From: Sphingomonadaceae bacterium
GTDB lineage: Bacteria; Pseudomonadota; Alphaproteobacteria; Sphingomonadales; Sphingomonadaceae
NCBI GenBank assembly: GCA_046294735.1
Contig: JBKBKB010000003.1
Coordinates: forward strand, 228,921 to 292,920
Length of the DNA: 64,000 bases
Reading direction: 5' to 3'
The translations under genes and the position numbers were made by a program. This document shows, one piece after another, positions 32,658 through 42,747 of this stretch. How positions within the stretch are numbered: position 1 is the first letter of the stretch; every line of letters begins with the position of its first letter. The notes under the pieces are model-generated. The model ran no database searches. It saw nothing but the letters and a program-made list of their open reading frames with translations, and was not told the origin of the DNA.

Positions 32658-34050
32658 CCTCGCGTTGTTCCTGTTCATCTGCTTCATGCTGCTGGCAGGC
32701 CTGCGGCGCCCTTACCTGTGGGTGCTGACCTACCTCTACATCGACATTCTCGCCCCGCAGAAGATCGGTTGGTCGATCACCCCGGCCTTTCAGGTCTCGC
32801 TGATCGCCTTCTGCGCTGCCTTTGCCGGATGGATTCTGGTCGACCCCAAACGCGGCAGCAAGTTCACCTTGCGCCAGGGACTGCTCCTGGCGCTGCTGGT
32901 CTATTGCGGTTGGACCACCATGAACGCCGACTTCCCGGAAGACGCGCTGTTCAAGTGGGACTGGGTGTGGAAGACGCTGGTATTCGCAATCTTCCTGCCG
33001 TTGGCGCTGACCACCAAACTGCGGATCGAATCGGCGGCACTGACCATGGTGCTGACCGCCGCAGCGATCATCATCGCCACCGGCATGAAGACCGTGCTGG
33101 GCGGCGGCGGCTATGAAAGCCTCAACTTTTTCGTCAACAACAACAGCGGGATCTACGAAAGCTCGACTTTGGCCACGGTGGCGATTGGCATCATCCCGTT
33201 GATCCTGTGGTTCACCAAGCACGGCACGGTGTTCCCGCCGGACTGGCGGGTCAAGGGTTTCGCCTACGGGCTGATTTTCGCCTGTCTGCTGGTACCGATC
33301 GGCACTGAAGCGCGAACCGGCCTGATCTGCATGGGCGTGCTGGCGCTGGTTTCGCTACGAGACGTCAAGCGCAGGCTGACGTTCCTGATGGGCGGAGCGG
33401 TATTGGTCATGGTGGCGCTGCCGTTCCTGCCCACCAGCTACTACGAGCGCATGGGGTTGATTGCCGGTTACAAGGAGGATTCGTCCGCCTCAACCCGCGT
33501 GGCGGTGTGGGAATGGACCTATGAATATGCACTCGAAAATCCGTTCGGCGGTGGTTTCGATGCGTTCCGCGGCAACCGCTTCGCCTACCAGATGCCGGTC
33601 AAGGAAGAGAGCGGCGCAAATACTGTCTCGATCGAATATCGCGAAGTGGTCGATGAGGCGCGGGCCTACCACTCGGCCATCTTCGAGATGCTGGGGGAAC
33701 AGGGCTGGCCCGGCCTCTTCATGTGGCTGTGGTTCCAGGCGCTCGGCATCTGGCAGATGGAGCGGCTGCGGCGACGCTGGCGCAATCGCAGCGGCCATGG
33801 CGAACAATGGCAGGGCCCGCTCGCCAGCGCGCTGCAGGTGGCACAGATCATCTATCTGGTGGGGTCGCTGTTTCAGGGGATTGCCTATCAGCCTTTTATC
33901 ATGATGCTGGCCGGATTGCAGATCGCGCTGTGGACGTACTGCCGCCGCCATGATTCGCAGGCGCGCGAAGCGCGTTCGCCACGTCGGACGCGCGGCGGGG
34001 CGCGAACCAGCGTCAAAGCCGTAGCGGCAGGGGCGGGTGCGTTGCGCTAG
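32650..34050 (+). CDS. O-antigen ligase (Wzy_C)-like membrane protein, exosortase-system-associated O-glycosylation-ligase-like
   Basis: About 10-12 TM segments and a central loop containing GTEARTGLICMG. 466 aa. Confidence 0.72.
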   Translation: MLDLALFLFICFMLLAGLRRPYLWVLTYLYIDILAPQKIGWSITPAFQVSLIAFCAAFAGWILVDPKRGSKFTLRQGLLLALLVYCGWTTMNADFPEDALFKWDWVWKTLVFAIFLPLALTTKLRIESAALTMVLTAAAIIIATGMKTVLGGGGYESLNFFVNNNSGIYESSTLATVAIGIIPLILWFTKHGTVFPPDWRVKGFAYGLIFACLLVPIGTEARTGLICMGVLALVSLRDVKRRLTFLMGGAVLVMVALPFLPTSYYERMGLIAGYKEDSSASTRVAVWEWTYEYALENPFGGGFDAFRGNRFAYQMPVKEESGANTVSIEYREVVDEARAYHSAIFEMLGEQGWPGLFMWLWFQALGIWQMERLRRRWRNRSGHGEQWQGPLASALQVAQIIYLVGSLFQGIAYQPFIMMLAGLQIALWTYCRRHDSQAREARSPRRTRGGARTSVKAVAAGAGALR

Positions 34051-34112
34051 CTGCAATCATGCGCCATTAAGCCGCCGAACAGCCGCAGAATCGCGGCACA
34101 AAGGAGAGGCGC

Positions 34113-34562
34113 ATGACCCCGCAGGAAATCGCAACCAAAGTTGGCCAGCACATCGGCACCAGTGAATGGGTGGAGATGAGCCAGGAGCGGATCAACCTGT
34201 TCGCCGACGCGACCGGTGACCATCAGTTCATTCATATTAACGAAGAAGCCGCCAAGATGACGCCGTTCGGCGGCACCATCGCGCATGGCTTTCTGACCTT
34301 GTCGATGATCCCCTACCTCAGCGCCAATTCGGACCTGCCCAAGGTCGAAGGCGTGAAAATGGGCGTCAACTACGGCGGCAACAAGACGCGCTTCATTGCC
34401 CCGGTCCGATCGGGCAAGCGTATCCGCGGCCACTGGAAGCTGGTTGAGCTGGTCGAGAAGCGTCCTGGCCAGTGGCAGCAGACCCACGAGATCACCATCG
34501 AGATCGAAGGCGAGGACAAGCCCGCCCTGATCACCGAATGGATCATGCAGTTCTTCGTTTAA
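34113..34562 (+). CDS. MaoC-like (R)-specific enoyl-CoA hydratase/dehydratase
   Basis: Hot-dog-fold motif [32 protein letters not shown]. Confidence 0.85.
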   Translation: MTPQEIATKVGQHIGTSEWVEMSQERINLFADATGDHQFIHINEEAAKMTPFGGTIAHGFLTLSMIPYLSANSDLPKVEGVKMGVNYGGNKTRFIAPVRSGKRIRGHWKLVELVEKRPGQWQQTHEITIEIEGEDKPALITEWIMQFFV

Positions 34563-34647
34563 CCGTCATTCCGGCGGCAGCCGGGATCGCTGTCCGCCTG
34601 GTCGGACGTATCCGATAAAGATCCCGGCTCGCTCCGGGATTACGACC

Positions 34648-35847
34648 GTGAAGGAATACCCCATGTCCCGTGACGCAGTTATCGTCTCCACCGCCCGCAC
34701 CCCGCTGACCAAGGCGGCCCGCGGCGCGTTCAACAACACCACCGGCGCAACGCTCGGCGCATGGTCGATCAAGGCCGCGGTTGAGCGCGCCGGGCTCGAC
34801 GGAGCGGAGATCGACGACGTGCTGATGGGCTGCGCAGTCCAGCAGGGCTCGGCTGGCGGCAATGTCGCCCGGCTCGCGGCACTACGCGCCGGCTTGCCCG
34901 TGACCGTTCCCGCGATGACGATCGACCGGCAGTGCTCCAGCGGTCTGATGACGATCGCCACGGCGGCCAAGCAGGTGCTGGTCGACAACATGGATATCTG
35001 CGTGGCTGGCGGGCTGGAAAGCATTTCCAAGGTGGTCGGCAGCGGCAAGATGTTCGTCGAGCCAGATCGCGAGCTGCTGGAAATGCATCCGCATATCTAC
35101 ATGCCGATGATTGGCACTGCGGAAGTGGTGGCCAAGCGCTACAACATCAGCCGCGAGTATCAGGACGAATATTCGCTCCAGTCGCAGCAGCGCACTGCCG
35201 CGGCGCAGACGGCCGGCAAGTTCGATGAAGAAATCGTCGCCTGCACCGCCACCATGGCGGTGATGAACAAGGAAACCAAGGAAGTGACCTATCAGGAGGT
35301 CACCGCCACGAAGGACGACTGCAACCGGCCTGACACCACGCTGGAAGGCCTCGCCAGCCTCAAGCCGGTGATGGGCGAAGGCGGTGTAATCACTGCCGGC
35401 AATGCCAGCCAGCTTTCCGATGGCTCCTCTGCCTGCGTGGTGATGGAAGCCAAGGTTGCCGAAAAGCGCGGGCTTGAGCCGCTCGGCCGCTATGTCGGCA
35501 TGGCAGTGGCGGGCACCGAGCCTGACGAAATGGGCATCGGCCCGGTTTTTGCGATCCCCAAGCTGCTTGAACGCACGGGCCTGAAGATGGACGATATCGG
35601 CCTGTGGGAACTGAACGAGGCTTTCGCGGTCCAGGTGCTGTACTGCCGCGATACGCTGGGCATCCCTGATGAATTGCTCAACGTCAACGGCGGCTCGATT
35701 TCGATCGGCCATCCCTTCGGCATGACCGGTGCGCGCTGCACCGGCCACGCTCTGATCGAAGGCAAGCGGCGCGGCGCGAAATATGCCGTCGTGACCATGT
35801 GCATCGGCGGCGGCCAGGGTGCAGCCGGCCTGTTCGAGATTTTCTGA
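34648..35847 (+). CDS. Acetyl-CoA C-acyl/acetyltransferase (thiolase)
   Basis: [10 protein letters not shown] (active-site Cys), [15 protein letters not shown] and [10 protein letters not shown] 34663 is an alternative start. Confidence 0.9.
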   Translation: MKEYPMSRDAVIVSTARTPLTKAARGAFNNTTGATLGAWSIKAAVERAGLDGAEIDDVLMGCAVQQGSAGGNVARLAALRAGLPVTVPAMTIDRQCSSGLMTIATAAKQVLVDNMDICVAGGLESISKVVGSGKMFVEPDRELLEMHPHIYMPMIGTAEVVAKRYNISREYQDEYSLQSQQRTAAAQTAGKFDEEIVACTATMAVMNKETKEVTYQEVTATKDDCNRPDTTLEGLASLKPVMGEGGVITAGNASQLSDGSSACVVMEAKVAEKRGLEPLGRYVGMAVAGTEPDEMGIGPVFAIPKLLERTGLKMDDIGLWELNEAFAVQVLYCRDTLGIPDELLNVNGGSISIGHPFGMTGARCTGHALIEGKRRGAKYAVVTMCIGGGQGAAGLFEIF

Positions 35848-36428
35848 TGCGCCTGTCTGCGCCGCGGATCGAACCGGTCGACATGGACCGGCTTGATCCG
35901 GCGCAGCGTGAGGCACTCGGTCCGTTCGCCAGCCCTGACAACAAGGTTGGCGGCGGACGGGTGCTCAACATCTTCCGCACTCTCGCCCACGCCCCCAAAG
36001 CGCTCGTGGCTTTTCTCGCCTGGGGGAACTACGTGCTCTCGCGTCGCAACGCCCTGCCAGAGCGGGAGCGGGAACTGGTGATCCTGCGCACCGGCTGGAA
36101 CTGCAAGTCGGGCTACGAATGGATGCAGCACCGCCGGATCGGCCTCGACTGCGGACTGACTGCCGAAGATGTCGAACGGGTCAAGCAGGGGCCGGATGCG
36201 CCGGGCTGGACACGGTTTGAAAGCGCGTTGCTGCTCGCGGTCGACGAACTGGTCGGCACGCATTTCGTCAGTGACTCCACCTGGTCTGCGTTGGCCGAAC
36301 TGGGCGACAAGGGTCGGATGGACCTGGTCTTTACAGTTGGCCAGTACACCCAGGTATCGATGTTGCTGAACAGCTTCGGCGTACAACTGGAAGATGGCGA
36401 AACCTGCGACCCTGACCTGAAGGGCTGA
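35847..36428 (+). CDS. Carboxymuconolactone decarboxylase (AhpD-like) family protein
   Basis: LPERERELVILRTGWNCKSGYEWMQH. Its ATG overlaps the thiolase stop (TGATG). Confidence 0.78.
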   Translation: MRLSAPRIEPVDMDRLDPAQREALGPFASPDNKVGGGRVLNIFRTLAHAPKALVAFLAWGNYVLSRRNALPERERELVILRTGWNCKSGYEWMQHRRIGLDCGLTAEDVERVKQGPDAPGWTRFESALLLAVDELVGTHFVSDSTWSALAELGDKGRMDLVFTVGQYTQVSMLLNSFGVQLEDGETCDPDLKG

Positions 36429-36492
36429 GCGCCCGCGATTGCGCTTTACGTGTTGCTGGCCCATGTTTGCCCCCTGATGTGGAGGCTGGCAG

Positions 36493-37098
36493 GTGGGCAT
36501 AATGGAAGTTATCGGGATCGCCGGCAGCGTCAGCCTGCTGGCTGGCTGGCGGCTCTACCTGTGCATTTTCGCCACGGGGCTGGCCATGCGCTATGATGTG
36601 CTGCCGCTTCCAGAGCATCTCGCCAGTCTGGGAGTGCTGGAAAACCCCTGGGTCATGGGCGTTGCCGCCCTTGCTGCACTGGCAGAGTTCTTCGCTGACA
36701 AAGTGATGTGGCTCGATTCGTTGTGGGACAGCGTCCACACCTTCATCCGCCCTGTTGGCGGGGCCCTGCTGGCGCTGGCGATTGTCGATCCGGGGGATCC
36801 CGCGACGCAGGTCATCGCCTTCCTGCTCGGCGGCAGCGCGACACTGGCGGCGCACGCGGGCAAGGCCGGTTCGCGCGCGGTGGTCAATGCCAGCCCGGAG
36901 CCGTTCTCGAACATTGCCGTCTCGACCACGGAAGATGTGGCGACGCTCGGCCTGCTCTATATCGCCTACGAATATCCCTATGCCGCAGGCGCCATGGCAC
37001 TGGTGCTGCTGGCAATCACCATATGGCTGCTGCTGGTTGCCCGACGGGTGATCCGCCGCCTGTTCGGGCAGGACAAGGCGCCTCCGCTTCGGCCCTAG
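36493..37098 (+). CDS. DUF4126-type membrane protein
   Basis: LAEFFADKVMWLDSLWDSVHTFIRP pattern and four TM segments. The track start is a GTG; ATG 36502 is an alternative. Confidence 0.68.
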   Translation: MGIMEVIGIAGSVSLLAGWRLYLCIFATGLAMRYDVLPLPEHLASLGVLENPWVMGVAALAALAEFFADKVMWLDSLWDSVHTFIRPVGGALLALAIVDPGDPATQVIAFLLGGSATLAAHAGKAGSRAVVNASPEPFSNIAVSTTEDVATLGLLYIAYEYPYAAGAMALVLLAITIWLLLVARRVIRRLFGQDKAPPLRP

Positions 37099-38360
37099 GC
37101 CGACCCGGCCGGAACGATCTCGCCCTTGCCGTGACGGGCGATGAACGCCTCGACCACCGGGGCGATCTGGTCGCGCCAGCGGCTGCCGTTGAAGATGCCG
37201 TAGTGCCCTGCCCCTTCGGCGAGGTGATACTGCTTCTTCGTTTTGGCAAGGTCGGTCGCGAGATCGAGAGCGGCCTTGGTCTGGCCAATCCCAGAGATAT
37301 CATCCCGTTCACCCTCCACCGCCAGCAGAGCGGTATCGCGGATATCGGACGGTAGCACCAGTTCGCCGCGGTGGCGGAAGGTGCCGTTCGGGATGGCGTG
37401 GACCTGGAATACCTCTTCGACTGTCTGGAGGTAGAACTCGGCGGTCATGTCGCAAACGCTGCGGTATTCCTCGTAGAAGTCCTTGGTGGTCTGGGCGCTG
37501 TCCTGATCGCCTATGGTCAGGTGCTTGAACATTTCGTAGTGGCTCAGCATGTGGTTGCCCAGGTTCATGCTCATGAACCCCGCCAGCTGAAGGAAGCCCG
37601 GATAGACCTTCCGTCCGGCGCCGGGATAGGTCATCGGCACGGTGGCGATCACATTGTGCCGGAACCAGCTGAGCGGACGTTCCATCGCCAGGTCGTTGAC
37701 CGTGGTCGGTGACTTGCGGGTGTCAATTGGCCCGCCCATCAGTGTCAGCGTGGCCGGACGGCAGGGGTCCTTGCGCGCATTCATCAGCGCGGCGGCGGCA
37801 AAGGCCGGGACCGAGGGCTGGCACACCGCAATCATGTGCGGGCGGCCGCCGTTGCGATCGAGCCCGATGAAATCGAGGAACTCGACCAGGTAGTCGATAT
37901 AATCGTCGAGATCGAACCGGCCGTCGCTGACCGGGACCATGCGCGCATCGGCCCAGTCGGTGATGTAGACCTCGCACCGTTCGACCATGCGCTCCACTGT
38001 CCCGCGCAGCAGGGTGGCGTAGTGTCCGCTCATCGGGGCGACGATCAGCACCTTGGGGGCCTTTTCGGCCAGGCCTTCGCGGCGGAAGCGCAGCAGGTCA
38101 CCGAACGGTTTGTGCAGCACTGTCGTTTCGCTCAGCGCATGACGCGTTCCGTCAACGGTCACGCTGTCGATCCCGAAAGAGGGCTTCCCGCGTGGGGCCG
38201 CAGCGTGGGCGAACACTTCGAGCGCCGATGCCGCCACCGGCCCGAGGCCCATGTATCCCATGGGCAGCCGGGGGTTGGACAGCAATCCAGCGGAAATCGT
38301 AGCCCAGTTGCTGGCGCTGGTCAGCCAGGCACGCTGGAGTTCATAAGCATGATAAAGCAA
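37095..38360 (-). CDS. phaZ: Intracellular polyhydroxyalkanoate depolymerase
   Basis: MLYHAYELQRAWL...VLIVAPMSGHYATLLR...CQPSVP, typical of the PhaZ (TIGR01849-like) family. Confidence 0.9.
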   Translation of the reverse strand: MLYHAYELQRAWLTSASNWATISAGLLSNPRLPMGYMGLGPVAASALEVFAHAAAPRGKPSFGIDSVTVDGTRHALSETTVLHKPFGDLLRFRREGLAEKAPKVLIVAPMSGHYATLLRGTVERMVERCEVYITDWADARMVPVSDGRFDLDDYIDYLVEFLDFIGLDRNGGRPHMIAVCQPSVPAFAAAALMNARKDPCRPATLTLMGGPIDTRKSPTTVNDLAMERPLSWFRHNVIATVPMTYPGAGRKVYPGFLQLAGFMSMNLGNHMLSHYEMFKHLTIGDQDSAQTTKDFYEEYRSVCDMTAEFYLQTVEEVFQVHAIPNGTFRHRGELVLPSDIRDTALLAVEGERDDISGIGQTKAALDLATDLAKTKKQYHLAEGAGHYGIFNGSRWRDQIAPVVEAFIARHGKGEIVPAGSA

Positions 38361-38409
38361 TCGTATTCCCCTGCTTCAGCGCTTCTGGCGAGCGCCGCGA
38401 CCCCTACCC

Positions 38410-38421
38410 TTGTGCAGTGCA
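38410..38421. promoter_or_regulatory. TTGTGCAGTGCA; candidate PhaR-type operator, box 3
   Basis: The reverse complement, TGCACTGCACAA, is identical to 12 nt of box 1. It lies 50 nt upstream of the phaZ ATG. Confidence 0.5.
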
Positions 38422-38440
38422 AGGTAAGCCCTGCAACCGA

Positions 38441-38452
38441 TTGTGCAATGCA
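38441..38452. promoter_or_regulatory. TTGTGCAATGCA; candidate PhaR-type operator, box 4
   Basis: Same 12-mer with a different central base, 31 bp from box 3. Confidence 0.45.
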
Positions 38453-38535
38453 TCATTTTGTCGGGTGTAACGGTTTTGCTGCCTCGATGGCTGGCAGAGG
38501 TGGATTTCTCTGTCCGCGATAGCTAGCTGGAGCAC

Positions 38536-40383
38536 ATGGATGTGCAGACAACCGCCAAAGCCCCGCGCCGGGGCCTGTTCGCCCGCCGGGGTGCCGAAAA
38601 GCCGAACGACGACGGGGCCAGACCGGCGCGTACCCTTGGCCCCTTGCGGATGATCTTGCGTGAAGCGTCCCACTATCCCGGTCCGCTGGCTGCTGCTGCC
38701 GCCGCATTGCTGATCACGGCAGTGATCACTTCCCTTGCCCTGCCGACCGCGCTCAAGCTGATCATCGACCGCGGTTTTGCCGAGGGTGGTGATCCGGCCG
38801 ACATTGGGCGCTGGTTCCGGTACCTGTTGATGCTGGTCGCCTTGCTTGGTGTGGGCACGGCAGTGCGGTTCTACTTCGTGAGCTGGCTTGGCGAACGGGT
38901 GGTGGCCGATATCCGGCGCAAGGTGCAGGATAACCTGCTGCGGCTTTCGCCCGCTTTCTTCGAGGAGAACAGCCCGAAGGAAATCTCAAGCCGGATGACC
39001 GCTGATACCGCAATCATCGAGCAGGTGGTCGGGACCACGCTGTCGGTTGCCCTTCGTAACGTGATCATGGCGGTGCTGGGCACGGCCTATCTGTTCTGGC
39101 TCGCACCGCAGCTCGCCGTGTGGCTGTTCGCGGCGATCCCGCTGGTGATCGTGCCGATCGCGGTGTTCGGTCGGCGCCTGCGCACCATCAGCCGGACCAG
39201 CCAGGACCGCGTGGCCGATGTCGGCGCCATCGTCACCGAGACACTCTCGGCGATGAAGATCGTCCAAGCCTTCAACCAGGAAAGCCGGGAGGGAGAGAGG
39301 TTCGGTGATGCAGTCGAGCGGACGTTCGAGACCGCGCGCCGCCGGGTGATGATCCGCGCGGTTATGACCGCATTGCTCATCACCCTGATTTTTGGCGCAC
39401 TGACCGTGCTCTTGTGGCGCGGAGCGCTGCTGGTGGTCAGCGGCGCGATTACCGGGGGCACGATCTTTGCGTTCATTGTTGCGGCGGTGATCGTGGCTGG
39501 GGCGTTCGGCGCGCTGACCGAGGTGTTCGGTGACCTGCTGCGCGGGGCCGGTGCGGCCAGCCGCCTGGAGGAGCTGCTCAACGAAAAACCGGTCATTTCC
39601 GTACCCGCTCGGCCGGAAAGCTTGCCGCAGCCGCCGCGCGGCAGCCTGTCCTTCCGCAATGTCACGTTCCGTTATCCGACCCGGCCCGAACAGGCTGCAC
39701 TCAAGGACTTCACGCTGGAGATCGAACCGGGCGAAACCGTGGCGCTGGTTGGTCCGTCAGGCGCAGGCAAGTCGACCGTGTTCCAAATGGCCGAGCGGTT
39801 CTATGATCCGCAGGCGGGGACGATTCGGCTCGATGGGGTTCCCTTGCCCAGCGCTGACCCCGCCGAGGTGCGCAAGCGGATCGCGCTGGTGCCGCAGGAC
39901 GGCGTATTGTTCAGCGCCAACGCGCGCGACAACCTGCGCTACGGCCGGTGGGACGCCAGCGATGAGGAGATCTGGGAAGCCGCCCGGGCCGCCAACGCGG
40001 AAAGCTTTCTGCGCGAACTGCCGCAAGGGCTCGACACCTTCCTCGGCGAAAGCGGCACCCGCCTGTCGGGCGGGCAGCAGCAGCGCCTGGCGATTGCCCG
40101 TGCGCTGCTGCGCGATGCGCCAATCTTATTGCTGGACGAGGCGACCAGCGCGCTCGACGCCGAAAGCGAGCGGCTGGTGCAGGACGCACTTGAGCGGCTG
40201 ATGCAGGGCCGCACCACGCTGGTGATCGCGCACCGGCTTGCCACGGTGCGCTCGGCAGACCGGATCGTGGTTATGGAAAATGGCCAGATCGTGGAACAGG
40301 GGACCCATGCCGATCTGTCGGCGCAGGGCGGGCTCTATGCCCGGCTGGCCTCGCTCCAGTTCACTGCCAGCGAAGCGGCCTGA
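38536..40383 (+). CDS. ABC exporter, fused permease and ATPase (MsbA/ABCB-like)
   Basis: Six-TM domain followed by Walker A GPSGAGKST, the signature LSGGQQQRLAIARA and Walker B ILLLDEATSALD. Confidence 0.9.
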   Translation: MDVQTTAKAPRRGLFARRGAEKPNDDGARPARTLGPLRMILREASHYPGPLAAAAAALLITAVITSLALPTALKLIIDRGFAEGGDPADIGRWFRYLLMLVALLGVGTAVRFYFVSWLGERVVADIRRKVQDNLLRLSPAFFEENSPKEISSRMTADTAIIEQVVGTTLSVALRNVIMAVLGTAYLFWLAPQLAVWLFAAIPLVIVPIAVFGRRLRTISRTSQDRVADVGAIVTETLSAMKIVQAFNQESREGERFGDAVERTFETARRRVMIRAVMTALLITLIFGALTVLLWRGALLVVSGAITGGTIFAFIVAAVIVAGAFGALTEVFGDLLRGAGAASRLEELLNEKPVISVPARPESLPQPPRGSLSFRNVTFRYPTRPEQAALKDFTLEIEPGETVALVGPSGAGKSTVFQMAERFYDPQAGTIRLDGVPLPSADPAEVRKRIALVPQDGVLFSANARDNLRYGRWDASDEEIWEAARAANAESFLRELPQGLDTFLGESGTRLSGGQQQRLAIARALLRDAPILLLDEATSALDAESERLVQDALERLMQGRTTLVIAHRLATVRSADRIVVMENGQIVEQGTHADLSAQGGLYARLASLQFTASEAA

Positions 40384-40524
40384 AAGTTGCTGACCACGGG
40401 GTGTTTTTCGACCAACCCCAGAACCGGCCCGACCAGCGACACCGGTCATTGGACCAGCGCGCTAAGGCTGGGAATCTGGCAGGCGGTGTAGCGCCGTTTG
40501 CGACCCCTGAGACAGGATGCCTCG

Positions 40525-42678
40525 ATGACCAGAACCCTGCTTGCCGTCAGCGCTAGCGCCTTTGCGCTGATCTTCTCCGTTCCGGCCCTTGCGCACGATA
40601 ATGACCACGAACACGTTGCTGCTGCTTCGCCTGCAGAAACCGGCTCTGCCCTTCCGACGATGAGTTTCGGGGAGTGGGGTGTTGACCCTGCATATCTGTC
40701 TGGCACGATCCGGCCCGGCGACGACTTCTTCGGCTATGTCAATCAGACGTGGCTCGATGCGAACCCGCTGCCAGCGGAATTCAGCCGCTTCGGTGCCTTC
40801 ACCCTGTTAGCGGAGAAATCGACTGCAGATGTGAAAGCACTGGTCGACGAATTGGTGGCGCGGGATGGGTCCCTCTCGGCCAGCGAGCAGCGGATTGTCG
40901 ATGCCTACAAGGCCTTTATTGATACGAATGCAATCGAGGCTGCTGGGCTTGCCCCAGCCCGGCCCTATCTAGGTGCGATCTTCGCGGCACCGGATCTTGA
41001 TGCACTGGTGCGGGTCTGGGCCACGCCCGGCATTCCTTCCCCGCTCGGTGCTTTCGTGACGGTCGACCAGAAGGCGCCCGATACGTATGTCACGTATGTC
41101 TCCAGCGGAGGGCTGGGGCTGCCGGACCGGGATTACTACAGCGACGAAAGCGAACGCGGTCAGACCATCCAGCAGAAATACCGCGAGTATCTGGCATTCC
41201 TGCTAGGCGAGGCGGGCTATGCCGACCCCGCAGCAGCTGCGCAGGCGGTCTACGCTTTCGAGGAGCGGATCGCGCGCGAGATTTCGTGGGACCGCACTGT
41301 CAGCCGCAACCGGGATCTGACCTATACCGCCGCCACGCCGCAGGAGTTTGCGGTAATGGCCGGCGATTTCCCGCTTGCGACGATGCTGGCGGCGACCGGG
41401 TTTGATCGCGCACCCAAGTTTGTCATTCCTCAGGTGCCGCCATCGCCGGAACGGGTGGCCGAACTTGGCCTGACGCCGGAGGTGGTCGCCAAGATTGGCA
41501 AGGGAACGCCGGGGATGTTCGGCCTTCTCACCGAAACGCCGCTTGCCACCCTGCAGGCGTGGACGGCGGTTCGCCTGCTGTCGGGCAATGCTGCGGTCTT
41601 GCCGGAGCGCTTCGACAAGGCCCAGTTCGCCCTTTACGGCACCTTGCTCACCGGTACACCGGAACAGCGCCCGCGCTGGAAGCGGGCGATCTCGGAAACC
41701 GAGAGCCATCTTGGCGAAGTGGTGGGCAAGGCCTATGTCGAGCGCCATTTCCCCAAGGAAAACAAGGTTGCGATGGATGAGCTGGTGCGCAACCTGCGCC
41801 AGGCCATGGCCGAATCGATCAGCGAGATCGACTGGATGGGTGAGACAACCAAGCGCGAGGCCATGGCCAAGCTGGAAAGCTTCGACCCGAAGATCGGTTA
41901 TCGCGACAATCTGGAAACCTATGAAGGTCTTGCGATCACTCGTGATCCGCTTGCCAACCGCATGGCGGCGGCCAAGTGGGCCTTTGAGGACAATCGGGCC
42001 AAGCTCGGCCAGCCGATCGACCGGACCGAATGGGGGATGCTGCCGCAGACAGTTAACGCCTACTACAACGCCACCAAGAACGAGATCGTCTTCCCGGCCG
42101 GCATTCTGCAGCAGCCGTTCTTCGGTATTTCGGCCGATGCAGCGGTCAATTACGGCGCTATCGGCGGGGTGATTGGCCATGAAATGGGCCACGGATTTGA
42201 CGACCAGGGCTCCAAGTCGGATGCCACCGGCGAACTGCGAAACTGGTGGACCGATGCTGACCGCGCCGAGTTCGACAAGCGTGGTGACAAGCTGGTGGCC
42301 CAGTACAATGCGTTCTGCCCGCTCGATGACGGCAAGACCTGCATCAACGGCCGCCTCGCGCTGGGTGAGAACATCGGCGATGTCGGCGGCCTGAGCCTGG
42401 CCTATCGCGCCTACAAGCTGTCGCTGGGCGGGCGTGAGGACAAGGTAATCGACGGGCTTACCGGCGACCAGCGCTTCTTCATCGCCTGGGCGCAGGTGTG
42501 GCGGGCGCAAAACCGTGAAGACGCCATGCGCCAGCGCATCCGCCTCGGGCCGCACAGTCTGGAGCAGTTCCGCGCCAACGGCCCCGTGCGCAACATGGAT
42601 GCCTGGTATGCAGCGTTCAACGTCGGCCCAGACCACAAGCTCTACCTGCCCCCGGAAGAGCGCGTGAAGATCTGGTGA
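40525..42678 (+). CDS. M13 family metallopeptidase (PepO/endothelin-converting-enzyme-like)
   Basis: Signal peptide MTRTLLAVSASAFALIFSVPALA, zinc motif GGVIGHEMGHGFDDQG, and GENIGDVGG. Confidence 0.9.
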   Translation: MTRTLLAVSASAFALIFSVPALAHDNDHEHVAAASPAETGSALPTMSFGEWGVDPAYLSGTIRPGDDFFGYVNQTWLDANPLPAEFSRFGAFTLLAEKSTADVKALVDELVARDGSLSASEQRIVDAYKAFIDTNAIEAAGLAPARPYLGAIFAAPDLDALVRVWATPGIPSPLGAFVTVDQKAPDTYVTYVSSGGLGLPDRDYYSDESERGQTIQQKYREYLAFLLGEAGYADPAAAAQAVYAFEERIAREISWDRTVSRNRDLTYTAATPQEFAVMAGDFPLATMLAATGFDRAPKFVIPQVPPSPERVAELGLTPEVVAKIGKGTPGMFGLLTETPLATLQAWTAVRLLSGNAAVLPERFDKAQFALYGTLLTGTPEQRPRWKRAISETESHLGEVVGKAYVERHFPKENKVAMDELVRNLRQAMAESISEIDWMGETTKREAMAKLESFDPKIGYRDNLETYEGLAITRDPLANRMAAAKWAFEDNRAKLGQPIDRTEWGMLPQTVNAYYNATKNEIVFPAGILQQPFFGISADAAVNYGAIGGVIGHEMGHGFDDQGSKSDATGELRNWWTDADRAEFDKRGDKLVAQYNAFCPLDDGKTCINGRLALGENIGDVGGLSLAYRAYKLSLGGREDKVIDGLTGDQRFFIAWAQVWRAQNREDAMRQRIRLGPHSLEQFRANGPVRNMDAWYAAFNVGPDHKLYLPPEERVKIW

Positions 42679-42747
42679 CCCCTGGCTGGGGGCAAGTGAG
42701 CGGTTAGCGTTTGACTTGCCCCTGCTAATCGCCTTGAGCGGCGAGCC

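Noticed and set aside
42689-42722. Hairpin GGGGCAAGT...ACTTGCCCC after the M13 peptidase gene, considered as a Rho-independent terminator.
   Set aside because: The stem is good (9 bp), but no U-run follows it. It was left out of the features because a terminator call would be weak.
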